A stretch of 64,000 nucleotides of DNA from Marsupella aquatica (lineage: Eukaryota > Plantae > Marchantiophyta), in NCBI GenBank assembly GCA_973895155.1, contig OZ316897.1, positions 3,566,211-3,630,210 of the forward strand. Direction: 5' to 3'. How positions within the stretch are numbered: position 1 is the first letter of the stretch; each line of letters starts with the position of its first letter. This document shows, in pieces, positions 38,107-52,446 of this stretch. Below the pieces are notes generated by a model. That model searched no databases. It was given only the letters and a program-made list of their open reading frames with translations, and was not told the DNA's origin. The position numbers and the translations under genes are program-made.

Positions 38107-41100
38107 TGTAGGAAAACCGTCAGCTCCAGACTAGACAGCAATGTGGAACATGAGAGCACTCAATCTCACACTACACCAACAAGACACCACGATCAATCAT
38201 GGAGAAACTCCTAAAGGATCCATAGCTCATGAGATTGAGCATTTGAAGAATGAGGGAGAGAATGCTCTCCCTCCAACCTATACCCCCCAAGGGGGACTAA
38301 GATGTGTGGGCCTAAATAAGTGGATCTTATCCTAAACTAACCAAGGGTTAATTAACCCTAGTAAGGCCAAACTAACTATAGTCGGGAACTCGAGTCAATT
38401 CCTAACAATCTCCACCTTGACTCCAGTTCACACAATGAGTCAGGTGATCATAAACAATATGTAACTAAGTAACATATCTACATAGTCTCCGGTTTGGCCC
38501 TAACATTAATAATATCCACACAATGACTAAAGCTATTGGTAGGTAAAACTTTGGTAAGCATGTCTACTGCATTCTCCTCTGAAGCCACCTTCTCCAGAAG
38601 GTGGATTGCATGATTGAGGACTACCAAAGGAGGCAAAAAAGTCTCCAGTCCTTTCACTAATCCAAGGACTGTCAACGGCCAAGATTAGCACATCTCAGGT
38701 AAAAAATACTTCATGACACACTTCCACAAATGTTGGGCACAATTCCAAGAGGTAAGGACTTTTGAAAAGTGTGGATACACTTCCAAAAGACTTGGCATGC
38801 TAGATCTAACCTTTCAATCTCAACTACTCAATCCTAGCCATCAAGGGATATATGGCACATTCAGTGCTCATGGACTCCTATTAAGTGCTCATGGAGTCCT
38901 TTCTTATGGAGAAAAAAGGACTAAAATGGTAGTCCTCAATCATGCAATCCACCAGAAACATCTGCTTTGTCTCAATCACGTCACGGATGAAGTGATAACG
39001 AATATCAATGTGCTTTGTCCTAGCGTGGAACATAGGGTTCTTAGCCAAATGCAAAGCACTTTGACTATCACACAACAACACCGGTCTTTCAGGTGAAAGA
39101 CCTAAATCACTCACCAATCTCCATAGCCAGATCAACTCCTTGGTTGCCTCGCAGGCAGCCATGTACTCAGCCTCAATAGTAGACAACGCAACACAGGATT
39201 GAGTTGCCGACTTCCAACTGATACAACCTCCACCCAGCATAAACACATAGCTTGTAGTAGACTTCCTGTTATCCAAGTTACCAGCATAATTTGAATCTAC
39301 AAAACCTCCAACTCTAATGTAGAGTCTGCTTTACCGTCAAATAGAATCCCACAATCTAAGGTACCTTTCAAATATCGCAAAACCCACTTCACTGCTTCCC
39401 AATGAAGTTTACCAGGGTTTGCCATAAATCTACTCAAAATGCTAACGGCGTGGGCAATATCAGGTCTAGTGCATGTCATTGCATACATCAAACTACCCAC
39501 AACACTATCATAGGAAACTTGTTTCATCGCCAGTCTATCACTCTCACTAGAAGGGCAATCATTCTTTGAGAGTTTAAAGTGGGAAGCCAATGGAGTACCA
39601 ACTGGTTTTGCATTCTCCATCCCATACTTGGCAAGTACTTTCTCTAAATACTGCCTCTGAGACAACCATAATTGCCTTTGCTCCCTATCACGGTGAATCT
39701 CCATCCCTAGAATCTTCTTGGCTTGACCCAAGTCCTTCATTGAAAACTCCTTACTCAGCATTGCTTTCAGATGGGCAACATCAAACTTATTCTCAGCCAG
39801 GATCAGCATGTCATCCACGTATAGTGCCAGCACAATGTAACAAAAGCGTGAGTAATTCTCCACCTCCTTCATGTAAATACAACAATCATGTTCACTCCGC
39901 GTGAACCCATGTGATAACATAAAGGAATCAAAACGCTTATTCCATTGTTTGGGACTCTGCTTCAATCCGTATAACGAGCGCAAGAGCTGACACACCAAAT
40001 CTCTGGTCTTCTCGTCAATAAAACCTGGAGGCTGAGTCATATAAATCTCCACATCAAGCAATCCATGCAGGAAAGCAGTATTTACATCCATTTGATCTAA
40101 CTCAAGATCATAGAATGCCACAATTGCAAGTAAAACATGGATAGTAGCGAGTTTGACAACTGGTGAGAAAATCTATGTGTAGTCCAAGCCCTCCTTCTGG
40201 GTGTACCCTTTGGCCACAAGGCGTGCCTTGTAAGTGCCATCCTGCTTCTTCTTGTACAACCATCTACACAGAACCAGTGTCTTCTCGAGAGGCATGTCCA
40301 CTAAGCGCCAAGTTGAATTCTTCTTCAAAGAATTCATCTCCTTCAACATCGCCTCCATCCACTTATCCTTCTTTGGAGAGGCCACAGCTTCTTCATAGCT
40401 AGAGGGGTCTCCATCTTCAGTGAGCAATATAACACCGGGATCATCGTCGTGCTCAACAACATGAACACGAGGATCTGCAAAACCAAATCTATCAGGGGGT
40501 TGGCCAAGATTGGCCCTTGTGGATCGCCTCAATTGAGGAACTGCACCTCTACCAAAGGGACCAGCAGCTTCCTCAACACCATCAAGCTCCACCGTAGTGG
40601 GTTCCTCCACCTGCTCCTCCTGATCATCCCGGGTTCTTGACAACCATTCTTCATCAAAAACAATATTTATGCTCACAATTGCCTTGCAATCGACAGGATC
40701 CCATAATTGGTAGCCCTTCTGCCGCGGACTAAAGCCTAGAAAAATACATTTCTTAGACTTGGGATCCAACTTAGACCTGTGTGTCTACTCAATGTGAACA
40801 TAGGCAGCACACCCAAAAACTCGGAGTCTAGAGTAATCAGCAGGTCTCTTATACCACAACTCAAATGGAGTCTGCATCAACTTACTACTGTGTGGTGACA
40901 GGTTGTAAACGTATGCAGCTTGGTTGACAACTTCAGCCCAAAAATTATTGGGCAACTTGGACCTACATAGCATGTTGCGTGCTTTCTTCAGTAATGTCCG
41001 ATTCAACCGTTCTGCCACTCCATTCTGCTGTGGGGTCTCTGGTATAGTGTAATGACGCTTGAGGCCAAGGTCCCGACCAAATTGGTCAAATTCATTGGAC

Positions 41101-44100
41101 TTATACTCACCACCGTTATCTGACCAAACACACTTCAACTCCTTTCCAGTTTGTAGCTCCACCATGGCTTTCCACTCCTTGAAGATCTCAAATACTTGAG
41201 ACTTCTCCTTCATGTAGTACAGCCAACACATTCAAGAGTAATCATCTACAAACGTCACAAAATATCTGGCTCCACCCAACGACGGCTCCGGCGCTGGACC
41301 CCAAACATCTGAATGTACATACTCAAGAATCTCATGAGAATGGTAGGAACTAGAACTGAAACTCACTCTCCTCTGCTTGCCGTAGATGCATTCTTCACAG
41401 AAAGAAAGTTTTCCAGATTGTGCGCCTTGCAGCAAATCTCTGTTTGCCAAGGCTGCCAATCCTTTACCACTCAAGTGCCCAATCGTGCATGCCATAAATC
41501 TATGGCCTGTGTGCGACCAGATGTTGATGGTGCTTCAATTGAAGCAATCGACGATGCCACTGCATCCAAACGTTCCACCATAGAATCCACATGCTCCACT
41601 CTAGGAGCAGTGACATCTCCTTGCAAGATGTACAAATTATTCTGTCGGAGCGCCTTAATCAAAGTCACCTCAACTTTGACAACAAAGAGCGCACCATCAC
41701 GTGCAGTGAAATGATATCCACCAGCTTCCAAAGCACCAAGAGAAATCAAGTTCTTAGAGATGTCTGGTATGTGCCTGACTTCCGTCAATGCTCGCACAAC
41801 ACCATCAAACATCCGGAATTTGATAGTCTCCATGCCAACAATCTCACATCGGACCCCGTTGCCGATTTCCACGCTACCAGTACACGGTTGGTAAGTAGAG
41901 AAATAAGATCGCATTGGACACATGTGATAAGAGGAACCCAAATCCAACATCCATTTATTGTCATACACAAAATTAATAGCACCGATACATAGCACTTCAG
42001 CACCATCCTCATGATCAGCAATCACTATGCGAGCTGAAGATGAAGATGCACCATCAAAAGTAGGACGCTTTTGCTTGGTCAAAGAAGGGCAAGACCACTT
42101 GGTGTGGCCCTTCTCATGGCAATGCCAACACTGAACCTTCTTACTACGGGACTTAGATTTAGATCTGTTATGAGATCTAGATCTAGATTGATTCGCAATA
42201 CGCTCAGTGGATCTACCTCTAACCATTAAGGCAGCAGACTCATCATCACGGGGAGATAGATGTCGCTTGCTCCATTCTGCAAGAATAGTAGCCTTCACCG
42301 CATCTAGCTTCAACGTAGGCTTGTCATGCGTGATCACCGTTACCAACATTGAAAAGCTCTTCGGAAGCGACATCAACAAATGCATTGCAAGGTACTCATC
42401 GGTCAACTTATCTCCTGCTGTGGTCACCTCGTGCACAATCTCATCGAAGAGACTAAGATGATCACGCATGTTTCCACCATTCTGCAACTTCAACCTGAAT
42501 AGTCGCTCCAACTGGTAAATGTGAGTAGTCAATGAAGTACTTTGGTATAGCTGAGTAAGTGTATCCCAAATCTTCTTGGCGTTACGATCCATCCCCAACA
42601 CGTTCTTGAGAATGTTGTTCGCCAAGAACAACTCAATTGTACTACACGCCTGCACCGACATGTCTTCCCACTCCTCATCTGTAAGAGTCGAGGGCTTCAC
42701 TCTAGTGATGGTCTTCTCAAGACCCTGCTGGATCAACACGTTGGTCACCTTCCGAGTCCAGAGGCTAAAGCTGACCTTCCCATCAAAATTTTCCACCTCA
42801 AATTTTGGCGCTGCAAGCTTTCTTGAAGTCATTGATGTTGACACAAACACACACAAAACACAAGTACCGAAATACCTCTACACACAATCACCAAAAAATG
42901 AAAGTTGGCAAAAGTGGAACTGTAATGCACCACCGCGTAGCCTGCAAGGTACACTACCAATATCTAAAAACGATTTGGCAAAAAACTGCTTCTGAAAAAA
43001 GTTATCCAGAAAAAAAGGTTTTTTTTTTTTTCTCCTCCTCAAAGCACCCGCGGAACGGTGTTCCATGGGTCCTTGTTTTTCCCCACCGCAAAGCTACCGC
43101 GGAACGGTGTTCCATGGGTCAATGTTTTTCTTCACCGCCAAGTTGCCACGAAATGGTGTTCCGTGGGTATTGTTTTTTCCCACCAACAAACCGTGACGGA
43201 ACAGTGTTCCGTGGGAGACTGTCTCACCACCACTGAGCTGCGACGAAACAATGTTCCGCGGGAGACTATCTCACCACCACTGAGCTGCGACAGAATAGTG
43301 TTCCGCGGGTGAAATTTCTCACCACCACTCAGAACAAGCGCTAAACATGGCGTGATTTCTGGACAAAATCATTGTTCACTTGTCATTTTCTGTTTGCCCT
43401 AAGTAACAACCACAACTCATCGCTACAGTGCCCAGCGGCTGCGTACTCCACTCGTACTCCACCACACAAATTGTCGGCGTTGCCGCAAATTGTTGCGCAA
43501 CGCGACCCAAGAGGTGAACGAAGAAAAAATTGAGAAAAAACCACGAAGAAAAAAAAACATTGATGTTTTCCCGAGAAAACATCAACCCAAGACCCTGTAA
43601 GAGATCAAGCCGAGCACAAAGACTCCATAGCCAAAGAGATTAGGCTACAAACATCAAAACATAAAATGATATTGCTTCGCACTCGCCGGATGAAACGCTG
43701 TGAAAATTTCACCGAGATGAAGTGCTCGCCAATGCGCACAATCAAACGCAAGACTGTCCGCCCGACAGTACATTCAGAAAACCAAAGACACATCCGATAC
43801 TTCTGATGTGAAGTTTCAATCGGGAAACCGTCACTCCTTCTGAATGCGAAACCTCCAGCGCACAACGACCAGTGACACAATCATACAAATTGTTGAAAAC
43901 AATCTGATCTGTCACCACGATTCAACACAAAGAATACTCTCACCACTGTCCAGGCAACCGAACGTCAAACACAAAGCTCTGATACCACTTGTAGGAGAAC
44001 CGTCAGCTCCAGACTAGATAGCAATGCGGAACATGAGAGCACTCAATCTCACACTACACCAACAAGACACCACGATCAATCATGGAGAAACTCCTAAAGG

Positions 44101-44290
44101 ATCCATAGCTCATGAGATTGAACATGTGAAGAATGAGGGAGAGAATGCTCTCCCTCCAACCTATACCCCCCAAGGGGGACTAAGATGTGTGGGCCTAAAT
44201 AAGTGGATCTTATCCTAAACTAACCAAGGGTCAATTAACCCTAGTGAGGCCAAACTAACTATAGTCGGGAACTCGAGTCAATTCCTAACA
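38107..44290 (-). mobile_element. Full-length Ty1/copia, inactive; LTRs 38107-38407 and 43990-44290; TSD CGGTG
   Basis: 301-bp TG..CA LTRs with 7 differences by eye; PBS TGGTATCAGAGC at 43976-43987 (minus); PPT next to 38407. The gag (CWHCHEKGHTKWSC), PR, INT, RT (YVDDML) and RH ORFs are broken by stops and frameshifts. Confidence 0.97.
38600..38953. mobile_element. MITE, 354 bp, perfect 27-bp TIRs, 4-bp TSD AGAA, inserted in the copia RNase H
   Basis: GGTGGATTGCATGATTGAGGACTACCA ... TGGTAGTCCTCAATCATGCAATCCACC. Removing it restores KQMFLEKVASEENAVDMLTK. Confidence 0.93.
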
Positions 44291-44794
44291 CGGTGAGGGC
44301 GCTGGGTGGCAAGGTCCACCACTACTATCCTCTCACACAAACCTAACAGAACCTTATCGGCTCATATAGTACACATACCAGATATACGGATCTAGATAGT
44401 ACAATACACTCTAACACTACCTAGAATGGTGTGATAGGCCCTTGGGGTTGTTGTTCTCTTTCCCTCTGGTTTTTGCTGTGGGTTTTTTGAATTTCATTCC
44501 ACGCACCGCCCCTCTTATTTAAAAAACAAAAAACAAATTTGCTCACCAACATAAAAAGGTCATTGTGAGGATATTATTACAACTCTCATATCATATGGAC
44601 ACATGTAGAATATATCTCAGGATTTGTTGTTCAAAAGAAAATGTTTTCTCCCATTAATTACAGTTTAGGGTCCACGTAGGTCAAAGACAGGTTCACTTCT
44701 TTCAAATAAACTACTACTTGTGGTGAATGCAGTCCTCTTTGAGCTCCTCTTACATTGTACATGCTGTAGGCTAGTTTTTCTAGCATGAGGGTCC

Positions 44795-45125
44795 TGTTAA
44801 GTATTACTCTTAGTCTTGTGACTCATAGGTTACAACAATTAGGCTGACCACAGTTAGGGACTTAGTTGGGGTTAGGTTAGTTGTGTGTGCCAGGGCTAGT
44901 GTAAGCCGCTGGTACACGGTGCTTGCTCATTGTAACGGAGCAACTTGAGGAAGAGAGAGAGCTTGTGTGTTCGACTACTCTAAAGTAAAGTTGGAGTGTT
45001 CGTGTGGACGTAGCCTTGGAGAAGAGCGGGGAGAAGAGGTGAATCACGTATGGATTGTGTCGACTACGTGAGCAAGGTATGAGTCATGATTGTATCGTCA
45101 TGAAGGAAGACGTCATAGTTCAACA
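44795..45125 (+). mobile_element. Solo LTR (331 bp), TSD GGTCC, related to the LTR at 30474-30817
   Basis: TGTTAA...TCAACA flanked by GGTCC on both sides. It shares tagtcttgtgactcat and cgtggacgtagcc/gtggacgtagcc blocks with the 30474 LTR. Confidence 0.88.
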
Positions 45126-47859
45126 GGTCCTTCTTTAGGAAAAATCCCAAATAATGGGCAGTATTACCATACTTCTTACTTTTTAAATGTACGATCCAAT
45201 CAAAGTAATAATAAGAATTTAGAGACTGTTTCGGGCAGCATGTCTTTGCAATATTCCTATTATATATGATGCTCCTGAGGACGAAGTGGGTGAACCATGT
45301 TGCTAAAATGCTGCTCTAGTTCTGAAGTCCATCGGAGCATACTAGCAAAAATGGAGTCCATCCGAGCTTCAAATTCAAAAATTCCCTACTCTGTTGCTTG
45401 GTTGGTAAATGTGCTTGATTATGTAAAATTGTAACCCCTCCTCCTTTATGAACCCCATGACAAGTTATATCCAAAATCTTAGGCCTTCCATTGTGCCACA
45501 TAATTGTTTCTGCCACAAACACGAGCTATGATGACTCGGGGGTTTCACTTCCGCAGACTGGCACATTATGTGCAATGAAGCATAGAGTCATATTATTATT
45601 TATAGGGTAAGAATTAAAATTTTAAGTTTAAGACATTAGGGCTATTTAAATCCAATTTTGAGATTTATAAGAGAATACAGGGTTTTAAAAACAAATCAAG
45701 AATATTTCAAACTAATGGGAGTTCAAAAAATTCCCCAAAAACCTTTGTTTTGTAAGTTTTAGGGGCCCAGGAGACCTAAACTCATTGCAGGCAATGGGGA
45801 TCTCCATGTAGTGAGACCCCCAGTATAATGATTGCAACGACAAACAAACATGACCATTTGTGTTTGTTGTGAGGCTAGACAAAATGGATAGATCCAGAAA
45901 CGGGAAAAAATTGGAACTATTGAAAATTTACATACCGAAAAGCCAATTTTCTGTGAAAAATTCCCTACTGGCATATGGAGTAAGGAAAGTTGGCTACTTC
46001 ATGTGCTTGGGTTGCAGCCAACTGGCTAATAGTCTCTGGTTACTTAGAGTAAATTCACTGGCTAATCTCAAAGTTTAGCAATGCACTCAGATGGTCAATG
46101 GTAACTTGAACAGCTGCTCTCTTTAATAGAAACTGAGAAATTAACTTTTCGGGAAGACTTCTGGGATCCGTTAGCTCATTGTCAGCCACTGGAGACTATT
46201 ACACGGCATGGTAACGAGCAGCAGACATACAGCCCTTGTCATGCCTAGGGCTTGCTGGCTACTGATGTCAGCCCTTGATCCTGATGTGGTGAATGGCTGC
46301 CATATTTTCCAATATTTAGCCCAAATATCATTAGCCAGCCCTTTTCTAGGTAAGGTTTTGGCAATCTTTTGCCCACAACTAAATGGCTGATACTGGAGAA
46401 CAAAATGCAGAGGCAAAAGAAGCAACCTATATTAATTCTTTGAATCATAATAAATCATTTATTTTTAAATTGTTTACTTGAAGAACAACAATGATTAACT
46501 CTAAGCAGTTTGATCTAATTGATCAATGCATTCAATCAATCATTAGCTAACAAAGAGGACAGGGGACGAGGCCGGTGACAACGGTGCACAAGGGTAGCCA
46601 GACAAAGGTGCATGTTGTTGGATTTTTTTAATTAATGGATGAGATCACATGCTGGTCACACCACTCTTATTTACCAGCATGACATCCGAGGTTTAGCATA
46701 GCATGGTTTTCATGATGCTATATCGATACTACTGACCGGGGTAAGTTACGGTAGTTGCAGAATAGAAAATGTGGTAGGGGCTAATCTTCTCCACAACCTT
46801 GGGAGTGTGGAGATGGCAACAGATCAAGACCTTTATTCAATTTTGTTTTTCGCTGTGAAATTCAGGGGTAATGTACCACATGGGCCAATATTCATGGTCC
46901 GACTGGAAGCTGTATTCAATCTAGAACACTCCTCTCTTCATTCTTAACCAGGGATCTTAAACCCTTTCATCAGAGGTCTTAATTGTTCATTTACTTTCAT
47001 ATTTCTCATTAAAATCCCAAGCATAGGACACCCCAGCATTTGACCTTGTGTTTGGCTCAAGGTTGATTGTGACATGTGTTCAAACTTCCTGAGATCTTCG
47101 ATTTTCCACAATCGATACTAAAGGCATTTTCATGTGGCTTGGCATAGGTTATGACATGCATCCAGACGTGATGCAAGCGCAATGACATTCAAGTCTAACA
47201 AAAGGCCTGCTATAAATATGTGCAGATCTCCCATCCGCCTCCCTGCAACCCCGGTCGACATCAAAACCAAACATTGTGAACTTCTCGTCTGGCCCGGCAG
47301 CAGTTCCTCGCATGGTCGACTAAGTTTTGGAGATACAAGGATGACACATTGTATGTCAAGTCAAACACCACCCTTGATTGCGAACACCACCTCTCCATGG
47401 TGCACACAAACATTTAGTTCGTGGAGATTAAGAGCAATAAGACAACGGGGGAGTAAGTTTCAAGCAGCCACGAATCGTTATTGACTTCACTACTCCCAAC
47501 TGCTTTGATATATGTTGGTACTACAGAGTAAAGTATCTTAAATACAAATCTTCCCAATCCACTGATGCTAGTCCTGTACAATCGTCCATTTCATACCCTC
47601 TGGTATGTTTTAGATTTTAGACAAATGATGATCCTGATATGAAGGAGCTGGACGCACGTGACATATCTATGTGCGGTAACCAGAGCATACTCAACCCTTT
47701 TGCTAGAAAAGCACCTTCCACTGTACACGAGTAAGAATTCGAATCCAATCTATATTACTCTTGGGTGGTAGCATCAAACCGTGTAGACCTCTCAAATGTC
47801 CTCATTGCAGACATCTCAGCGCTCAATGGCGGGTTTCCAAGTATCTGGGTAGAAAACCA

Positions 47860-50800
47860 TCACCCTCTTCTAACAGCCCAGTTCAAAATAACAGCTCCAA
47901 GAAGCACAGCGACCGACAAACTTGTTATTAGAGTCGTCTTCGAAGCTAAAATGACCCGTTGCCAAGGTCGATGCAGCATAGATTTTGTGACAGCATTAGC
48001 GCAATTGAAGGCAAAGGGGGCTTTGCTGCTCTTCTCAAATTCTTCGATAGAAAAGTCCTGCTAGGCACCAAACAGGACCGTCATAACCCTTTTTTCAAGA
48101 TAGATGTACATTTCCGTTATTCTGCAACAGGAGAGTCTGCTCCAGTTGAGTGAAATACAGGATGAGCTTGAATACACAGCAGTTCTTAAAACTGGACAAA
48201 TCTGTCAAGGATAAGTTCCACAAACATACCGCTGGAAGCTTTTGATTCAAATGTAAGTGCTGCACATGCAACTTGACGTTAGCTAAAGCCCAGGGCCACA
48301 AGTTTGTGGGTGTGTCCGCATAAGCATTTGATACGACTTCAAATGCGGACCTTGCACCAGCTTCAATAGCTTTCAATATCTTCAATTCCCGTCCCTCTCG
48401 ATGTCTGAGCAATGAACAGAAATAGGTCAAAATCTATGTCGAGAATCTCTACTAGGACAAGGTACAAGGTACTAACCAGGATTGCTCCAGAGGGGGCTCA
48501 ACACCAAATGAGATATTTACTTCAGATGAGAAACAGACTTAACTTTTGCACTGCTGATGTGAGCAAATCACAAATATGTGTACAATATTCTAGCACGACG
48601 TCCAGAATAGCTACTCTTACCGTTAAAAATTAAGTCCCGTAAGCAGAAAACAAACCAGGCAACGGTAAGAAAGCTCACTTTATGTATCCATTGAGCATGT
48701 GAGCTGGCCAAAGATTTGGCCTTCCATGCATTGGCACAACCATGTGGGGACTAAGATCAAGGAGCCGGTGCGTTGTGTCAAAGTAATCCTGTAGTTCATT
48801 ACAATCCATTTCAATATTCGTGTCATTATCAATGTTGTTACACGTCCACACCACTGCATCAATGGCGAACTGTTCTGGTCATGAATAATTGAAACTTACC
48901 TGGAGGTTGCCGCCTGAGGTAGGATCCAGAACAGAGCTTCCTTGCCTGCGCAACCAGAGTTGAAATGCAATGTTCGATGTCAACGTTCATGTGATGTGAA
49001 GCCCCACACAAAATACTAAAGGAACAATGATGTCGTTGTCTGGTAGAGCTAAATATCAATGTAAAGCCACTCACCCTACGCAATGATCTCCAACAACAAG
49101 AGTACCAGTAGCTGAATCAAAGAATGCCAGATGTCCATCAGTGTGACCCTGTAACAAAGTAGGAACACCGATACGAGGTGAGATAACTTCGTAACAGCCA
49201 TCACGTTGCCTACCTAGGACCACACAATCCAAGAGAATCATCCTCCACATCTCAAATGCTCCTTGCACAGACACTTTTGATATGCTTGCAAAAAGCACAA
49301 GGCTCTCACAACTCTGCAGACTTCATTAGACATTTTGCGTCCATTAGAAGAAAACACAGAAGTAGGACGTTTTCACGATCCAACGATTGACACTGAAAAG
49401 ATTATCAAAAACACTAAAACATTGAAAACCAATTCAAAAAGTAGTAGGCGTAACAATCGTAACAATCAAGGGACACAATGAAGGGATCAAAAGACACTTT
49501 ACCGGGGCGGATATAACATCAAGCTCACGGCCACCAATTAGTAATTTGGAGCCACCATCAACGGTGATGCATTTAAAACCTTTTGTGGCTGCACGCAAAA
49601 AACAATTCGACGTTACATGTAGACTTCAAAAACAATGTCATTGAGAGGAATTAGTTCAAGAAACAATCCACCACTATCTGTCCCAGACAGAAACCTCGGC
49701 AAATTCTGGACCTCCATGGCCCCTTGAAAGGAAAATCAATCTAAACACTAAAGATACTTGAAGCCGTACGTATCTACGTGTTCAGTCTTTACTCGGCAGG
49801 TGCTATCATGTACTGCTCCAGACAATACCTGAGGGCTAATGATTCTCGATTCCTACTACTTGACGTCACTACGACAGTTCACACTCACGCATACCGAACT
49901 CCTGACCACCCTTCATTGCGAAAGGAGCAATAAGTACAGAATGGCAGCAGAAGAGCTCACCTTTGCCCATCCGTCGAAATGTAGCCTGATGTGCAACAAG
50001 CACAGCCTCTGGATTTTGTTTTCTAACAACGGGTAGACCTGCAGGTCACACAATGTGGAAATTGGGGCAGTTAGATACTCCACAATTAAAGAAACAGTGA
50101 ACTGGCCTGGAACGAATTAGGAACCAATATTCCAACTAGAAACTCCTTAACGGTAACAAGTCAATTGACACCCAGCAGACTACATTTGTGAGTGACCGCC
50201 CATCAACTATTTAAGACCCAAATCATATTTCAGTACATACCATCGATGTGATCAAAATGGTGATGCGTCAAAAACACCAGCATCTTTCTTGGTAATGCTT
50301 TCACAATCTGTTTCAACTGCTCTGCACCAATGTACAGAGTACTTAGATGAATGAGCATGAAAGCACAAGACACAAAAAGAGATCAGGTTGTCGCATATGT
50401 CACTGACCAAAGATACGGAAAATCGAATTCCACACCCACACAAGAAAACCTTCAGCAAAGTGCCCGTATGCTGACATTTTGTACTGATTTGACTCTTACC
50501 TCGGACTGAGCAGCTCCTGTGCAGCCTGGATCGGCGATCAAGACATCACCAGATGCGGCATGATTCGAAGACATAGTTATCTCCTTGGTCAAAAATCGTG
50601 AAGGAGAAAAAATGACGAGATTCGTTTTACTGAAAGGCTTGCCAGTGATAGAATTCATAGGCACAATAACTACACCCGGCGGGTAGTCCTGTCAGAAAAA
50701 AAAAGTTCGCACTTCAGTTCCAGAACAATGATCCAAGCCTGGCAGCAAAGCGATTCATAAGGTCCTCACATCTATAGCAAATTACCATCCCATAGCCTAC

Positions 50801-52446
50801 ACGCGAGTTTTACCGAGACGAAGGATCAAACTGTCAGCACACCTGACCATGAGAATTTGTCAAGCCATTGACAAAGCCATCTGGTACGTGGGGAGAGACT
50901 GCGACAGCAGCAAGAGGTCCAATTCGCATCTTATGTACACCTGATAGGGCCAACAAATCGATTGCTGCTTGGGAGTTCAACCAGCGACCCCCTCCTGCAC
51001 GTGTCCAGAAGTAAGTGGATATTTAGTACTGAGAGACCAAATAAAGCTCACTCGCAAGCTTGGCTTCAGACACAAATTAATTGTTTCTAAGAACAATCCT
51101 CCAACTGATATAAAATAGATAGTAGTAGATATTACTGTAATTCATTATCTTATCCTCAAAAAACAGGATGCCCTCACGTCAGACACCCGCTCTCATCCCA
51201 ATTGGGGAAGAACGCCATTGACCAAAAATACCATGCTTGTCCATAATGGCCTTAACAATTGAAGGAATCGCTATTAATTGCAAAAAGATGAGCTTCAAGA
51301 CATCAGACTGAGTTCATACACACTGGACAATGTGTTATGATGACCACGTCGTTGACATTTACTCATTCATTTAATTTACGAGAAGATGAAGAAATCAATC
51401 TTGGAGCTAAAGTGCCATACTCCACCTGGAACTTGAGTCTCGTCAATATCAGATTCTGTAATGAATATAAGCGTGTGAAGAGGTGGTCCGGGTCCAAAAT
51501 TTGTCTCTTCAACCAATCTCCAATACCTCCAGGACTTCATTCGGACTCCAGGTGGATACACTTGTGTCTCGACCTGTCCAATTAAGAGGTAGGACTAAGA
51601 ATTCAGGAGAAAAGCTAGGACACCCTTCGCAATGGAAAGTCAGAAACAAGTAGAGTGACACGCCTCGCTCGCTCGACTACGGACCCTCGAACAGAGCGAC
51701 AGGTGAACTGGGGGTAGGTGCAGTGCCACATGAAATCAGACGTACAAGGATCCGACAATCAACTCTGCAAGGTCTGTCTTCTGGTCCTAGGAACAGATTA
51801 ATAATATAAAGTACTGGATCCTCTAACCTTTCGCTCTGATCCTCTAATTCGCCTTATTCCCAAACTAGAATTGTAAAAATGAGACTTGATTATTGATTCA
51901 CAAATATATGTAAAATTTAGAGAGTGTAGTCCACAGAATCCTCCAACGACAGCGGAGAAGATCTTTCCTTGAAAATGGAACCTGTAGACTGACACTACCT
52001 TGAAATCTCTGCTTCAGATTTTCCCATTTATATTTTCAAGTATTCAGGTTTTTGAGAGAAGACAACTCCAGGATGTAGTGGTCCATTTCCATTTTAAGGA
52101 TCCGGCCAACAATGTATGACAGCGTTGCTCGTAAAACCCTTACTTGTGTAACTGCCTCACTGACGTTGAATCCAGAAAGGCCCAATTTATGAATGGAGTT
52201 AGTGACGCAACGAGTCACGTTGAGAGATCCGTCGTCATCCTCGCTAAGAGGTGACATGGTTATGCCATTACTCCCATTTGTCTTGGACAGAGGAGCCAGG
52301 GGTAGGTCCCAGAGCTCCCTGTCCACATAAGGTAGCCCTTCATACTTTTCTGGCACGGGACGCTTCTGTCGAATCACAAGAAACTGGAACTGGTCTGCAT
52401 TAGGTTTCTTCGCGATCAGAGCCAGCTGATATGACGCTCCTGCCAT
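47860..52446 (-). CDS. Metallo-beta-lactamase-fold hydrolase with N-terminal extension and C-terminal transmembrane anchor (LACTB2-like plant family), ~12 exons
   Basis: Exon fragments LIADPGC, VFLTHHHFDHIDG (HxHxDH, ~50240-50280), GHTDGHL..LVVGDHCVG, QGSSVLDPTSGGNL, PMHG and RELKILKAIEAG. The last exon ends in hydrophobic LITSLSVAVLLGAVILNW with the stop at 47860-47862. Confidence 0.88.

Larger units (their letters stand above)
36170..44436 (-). mobile_element. Old non-coding LTR-element remnant (probable long LTR plus degenerate PBS) interrupted by the copia at 38107-44290
   Basis: On the minus strand a TATCACACC start near 44436 resembles TGTCACACC, and TGTGTATCACCAGC near 36807-36820 resembles the Met PBS. 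The GC-rich sequence is of similar character on both sides of the copia TSD. Confidence 0.4.
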
